Positions 60,641 to 64,000 of a stretch of 64,000 nucleotides of DNA are shown in pieces; the stretch's first letter is position 1, and every line of letters starts with the position of its first letter. This stretch comes from Marsupella aquatica. Its lineage: Eukaryota; Plantae; Marchantiophyta. Position numbers and translations under genes: made by a program. Under the pieces are notes generated by a model. That model was given only the letters and a program-made list of their open reading frames with translations. It searched no databases and was not told where the DNA came from. Where the stretch lies: assembly GCA_973895155.1 (NCBI GenBank), contig OZ316896.1, positions 8,701,539 to 8,765,538 on the forward strand, in the 5' to 3' direction.

Positions 60641-63600
60641 CAACGCACGGGTATTGAGCTAGTTAATAATAATGATTTGGGAGCTGCCTTTGCTATGCTA
60701 CAGTCACTGATGGCACCAGACGTGTTTAGCGACCCCACCCTTATTACAATATTCTTTTGTCAGGGCAACTGCAATCCCTCTCCTGTCTTTGTACCAGTGG
60801 GGTCTTGTTTTTCCTTCCTATTCCCACAGCTTGGGAGTGAGATTTACTACCTTGGAGCACTTTCATGGGACCGGGATTGGGATCGGCAGGGAGTGAGTTT
60901 AGCACCCGGTTTAGCAGGAGCTCCCCCCCCCCCCTGGTTCAGTCTGTGACACCCTAATGTAGCGGCCCTCCATTTTTGACTGCCAAGACTGGCAGTTGTG
61001 CGCTCCAGAACCAAGCGGGAGTGAACCAGCCAATTAAGACCAGTCAATGGTTGCACCAGTGACAAATTGGACATCTCTGCGTAGGTGACAGTGGGTCCAT
61101 CTTGCCAGTATTGGATAGCAAGGGTGGAGGGCGCAGTGAAAAACATATGAGTCATCCATGTGCACTTTCATCCAGTTGCAAAATTAGATTGAAGTTTGTT
61201 TGGGTAGTTGAAGTATTACGTCCTAATAAATTGAATCTCACATGTTTATTGGCACTGTTGACAGGCACTACACTAAGTCACTAGGGAAAAACAGATAAAT
61301 TTATTTACCTCCTATTGAAAGCCAAGTGACTCTAATAGATGAGCATAAATTACTCATGGTCAATAAAATATCCAGAATATCTAAACCACCAATGCCCAAG
61401 GAGTTGGGGGAGGGAAACTAGTCACTTTTTGTTTCTTGTGAGGAACATTATTGACTTAGTAGGGTGACCTGGATCCACCATGGTTTGAAAATGGATAGTC
61501 TCTGTTTAACCATCATTGTGATATGAGCTACAGGTCTCTACCTCCGTCTCTACACTCTTGTACTCTACAGAACAATTCAATGTGTTTTTTAAATCTAAGT
61601 TTGACTGAGTATAACTAAGTGTGAAACATATGCAAGAGGGACTTGCTTGATAGGATCCCAAAATGAAAATTGTTACTTGATAGAATCCTTCACTGATCCA
61701 GATCATTGACTGACCTTGAATGAAGGTAGATTGACTGACCTTGAATGAAGGTACTGAAAAATTCAGGGGTCCTATCAAGTAAGGCCATTCATTTTGGGGT
61801 CCCATCACGCAAATCCGGCATGTATTCAATGATGAAAATTACAATATATTCCTGACCTAGTAGGTGCTCTGGAGTAAGGATATTTTCCCGCATGGCTAAT
61901 TGCCAGGTTCACAGGGGAAAATGTCCGGCCGCCCGAAGAAGGTAAGTTCAGGGAGAATACAACGTGGATGTCCCAAAGACAGGGCATTGTGCGCTCAGAG
62001 TGTTTGAGTGGGCCCACATTTTACCCGTAGGCTTCACGCATGTGCAGCGTGCATGGGCAAGATGACCAGAGTCAATCCTGGGACCTCACTCCTGCAAACG
62101 CTGCACTTGAGCCATCACGGCAAATACACCTCGATGTCAATTGTTTTTGAGGCAGACTACTTAAAGGGAAAAAATTAGTGTTCTTGGTGGGGAAATGACT
62201 GCTGTACAAAAGTAGAATGTCTATAATATTGTGGATCTAGTGGATTAAATCTAATCCTTTTTGTCTCTTTCCTCATGGGCTCCAAGTATGAAAGCCAAAG
62301 GGATATGGACTTTCCGTTCTTTAAAATAAGAATTTGGTTGCAATGAAATTCACCTTTTGAAGAAGTCAAGAAAGTTGCATGAATGAAACACTGTAATGAA
62401 GGAACCTGCCAAAAAGGTTGGATCACAAAATGGAATGAGGCAGCAGCCAATTCGCCCTTCACTAATTTCCAGTGCACTGTGAGGGCGACCCATACACCCC
62501 GCTGCCTTACCTGTCTGTCCGAGCTGCCCGGCGCCTGCCTACTATGAAGAAAAGAGTGTATTATGTGTTTCTGTGCATACACAGAGGTGTTCGGACTACT
62601 TTACACTAATTTCAGTGCTGGGATGGAAAATGATCTCAATAGTTGGCACAGCAACACAATACATAAAGCTGACTAGTTCCATGGTAACATAGTAACTGTT
62701 TATTACTAAGTTATGCTAAAATCACCCCAACTTTCTTAAGTTTCCCCCAAAACTTATTTAATTAGTAAGCTACCCCCATGGAGCCATCCTAGTTGCACAT
62801 TCCAACTATGTGACTTGTTTATGGCCATGTGATTCCTTGCAAGGGGGCAACTAATTAATTAAATGAGTTAAGGGGGCACCTTACTATTGTTGTTCAATTT
62901 TGTGGGTGAGATATAAAGAATTAAACACTATACTATCCAATCCTGCCCATTCTGAGTGATAGCCTTTTTATGGAATGTCATCTAGGTGGGAAGAAATCAT
63001 GGTCATTTTTTAGGAAAGTGTTTTATGTCTCCCTTTGATTGTCCAAAAATATCTCACATGCGTCTTTTGTGTTGAGCTCACCATCTGTGCCTCACCCTCC
63101 ATGCCTCACCCTCACCCTCCAGGTGCAACTCAAGGGCTTGTGCACATAGAACATAGTAAATCTCATAAATTTGACCATGTATGCATCTCCCTTGCTAATT
63201 GTGTCACTCAATGGTATTGCACTTGTAGAACACATAAAATCTCATTTGGCCAGGAAACAGGCACACAGGCCCAAAGTGGGATAAGCACTTTGGCAGAGCG
63301 GGGTGGGCATGTGCGAGTCCCCATTCTGGTAAATTTGAAAAATGTCGAGCATCTCCAAATGCTGACCTGGCCTGTGAGGACTGCCTTGGTTGCTTGTTAT
63401 CCCGGTGTAAAGGCAGGCAGGCAGGGCACAATGGCAGGCCAGCTACTAGACAAGTGAGCGGGGGAGGGCGGGCGTGTATTGTTGGTATTGTTGGAGTGAC
63501 AACCAATGGGTGGTAACTAACATACTAACCATTCATTCTCCAAATTTTGCAATGTTCCTTGGATCATTTGTCTGGAGCCCCACCAGGAGCCCCTCGTCCT

Positions 63601-64000
63601 GCAGTCATAAACTTGGTGGGTGTCCTAAGTACTCCCATAGACATAATTGGGCTCCCACAACAAATAAATGATTTTAAGTAAGTTTTTGGCACCTGGCCAT
63701 AAAAATAAATTTGACCCAAAAACGGTGGGAATGGAAAAAACATGTCTCCCGAAATGGGAAGGAATCAAACTCCGGACACTTACTTTACAAGAGGCTTGAA
63801 AACTTTTATATGAGGTGAAAGGCCCTGGAAAAATGTGTTCTCTGTTGAGTAATGGCCAGCACATGTTTTGGCTAGGTGTCAACCAAAGATTAGAAAAAGT
63901 AGACTGAGAAAATTCTTCTTGGCTGGGAAAAATAAAAATGTAAGCCTGTAAAGCTGGAAACAAGTTAAAATAACTTTTCTATATCTTTTTGGTCAAACAT

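Noticed and set aside
60097-60949. Repetitive ORFs of up to 201 aa
   Set aside because: Translations of the minisatellite; open in several frames with no domain.

Overview
Eukaryotic, plant-type genomic DNA. It has short GT-AG introns and TTTAGGG motifs; a non-seed land plant or streptophyte is only a guess. The first 7.4 kb holds two convergent intron-containing genes: the 3' part of DENR/TMA22 (+) and a complete BTR1/NOVA-like triple-KH RNA-binding gene (-). The rest is a transposon-rich block: a decayed RepHel Helitron, three small non-autonomous Helitrons, a Ty1/Copia element with an internal deletion plus a related solo LTR, a decayed CACTA transposase interrupted by a MITE, and several minisatellites. 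The main finding is a 10.7-kb Ty3/Gypsy-type element (45075-55821, - strand). It carries a DNMT3-like cytosine methyltransferase between protease and RT, and a PHD finger at the integrase C-terminus. Instead of two ordinary LTRs it has split direct repeats (A1-ORFs-B1-gc-A2-B2), with a palindromic CA-GC-TG site inside the repeat, an apparent self-priming site in place of a tRNA PBS, and a 4-bp TSD. This suggests integration by cutting a circular intermediate. All coordinates and mismatch counts were read by eye; no database searches were run.
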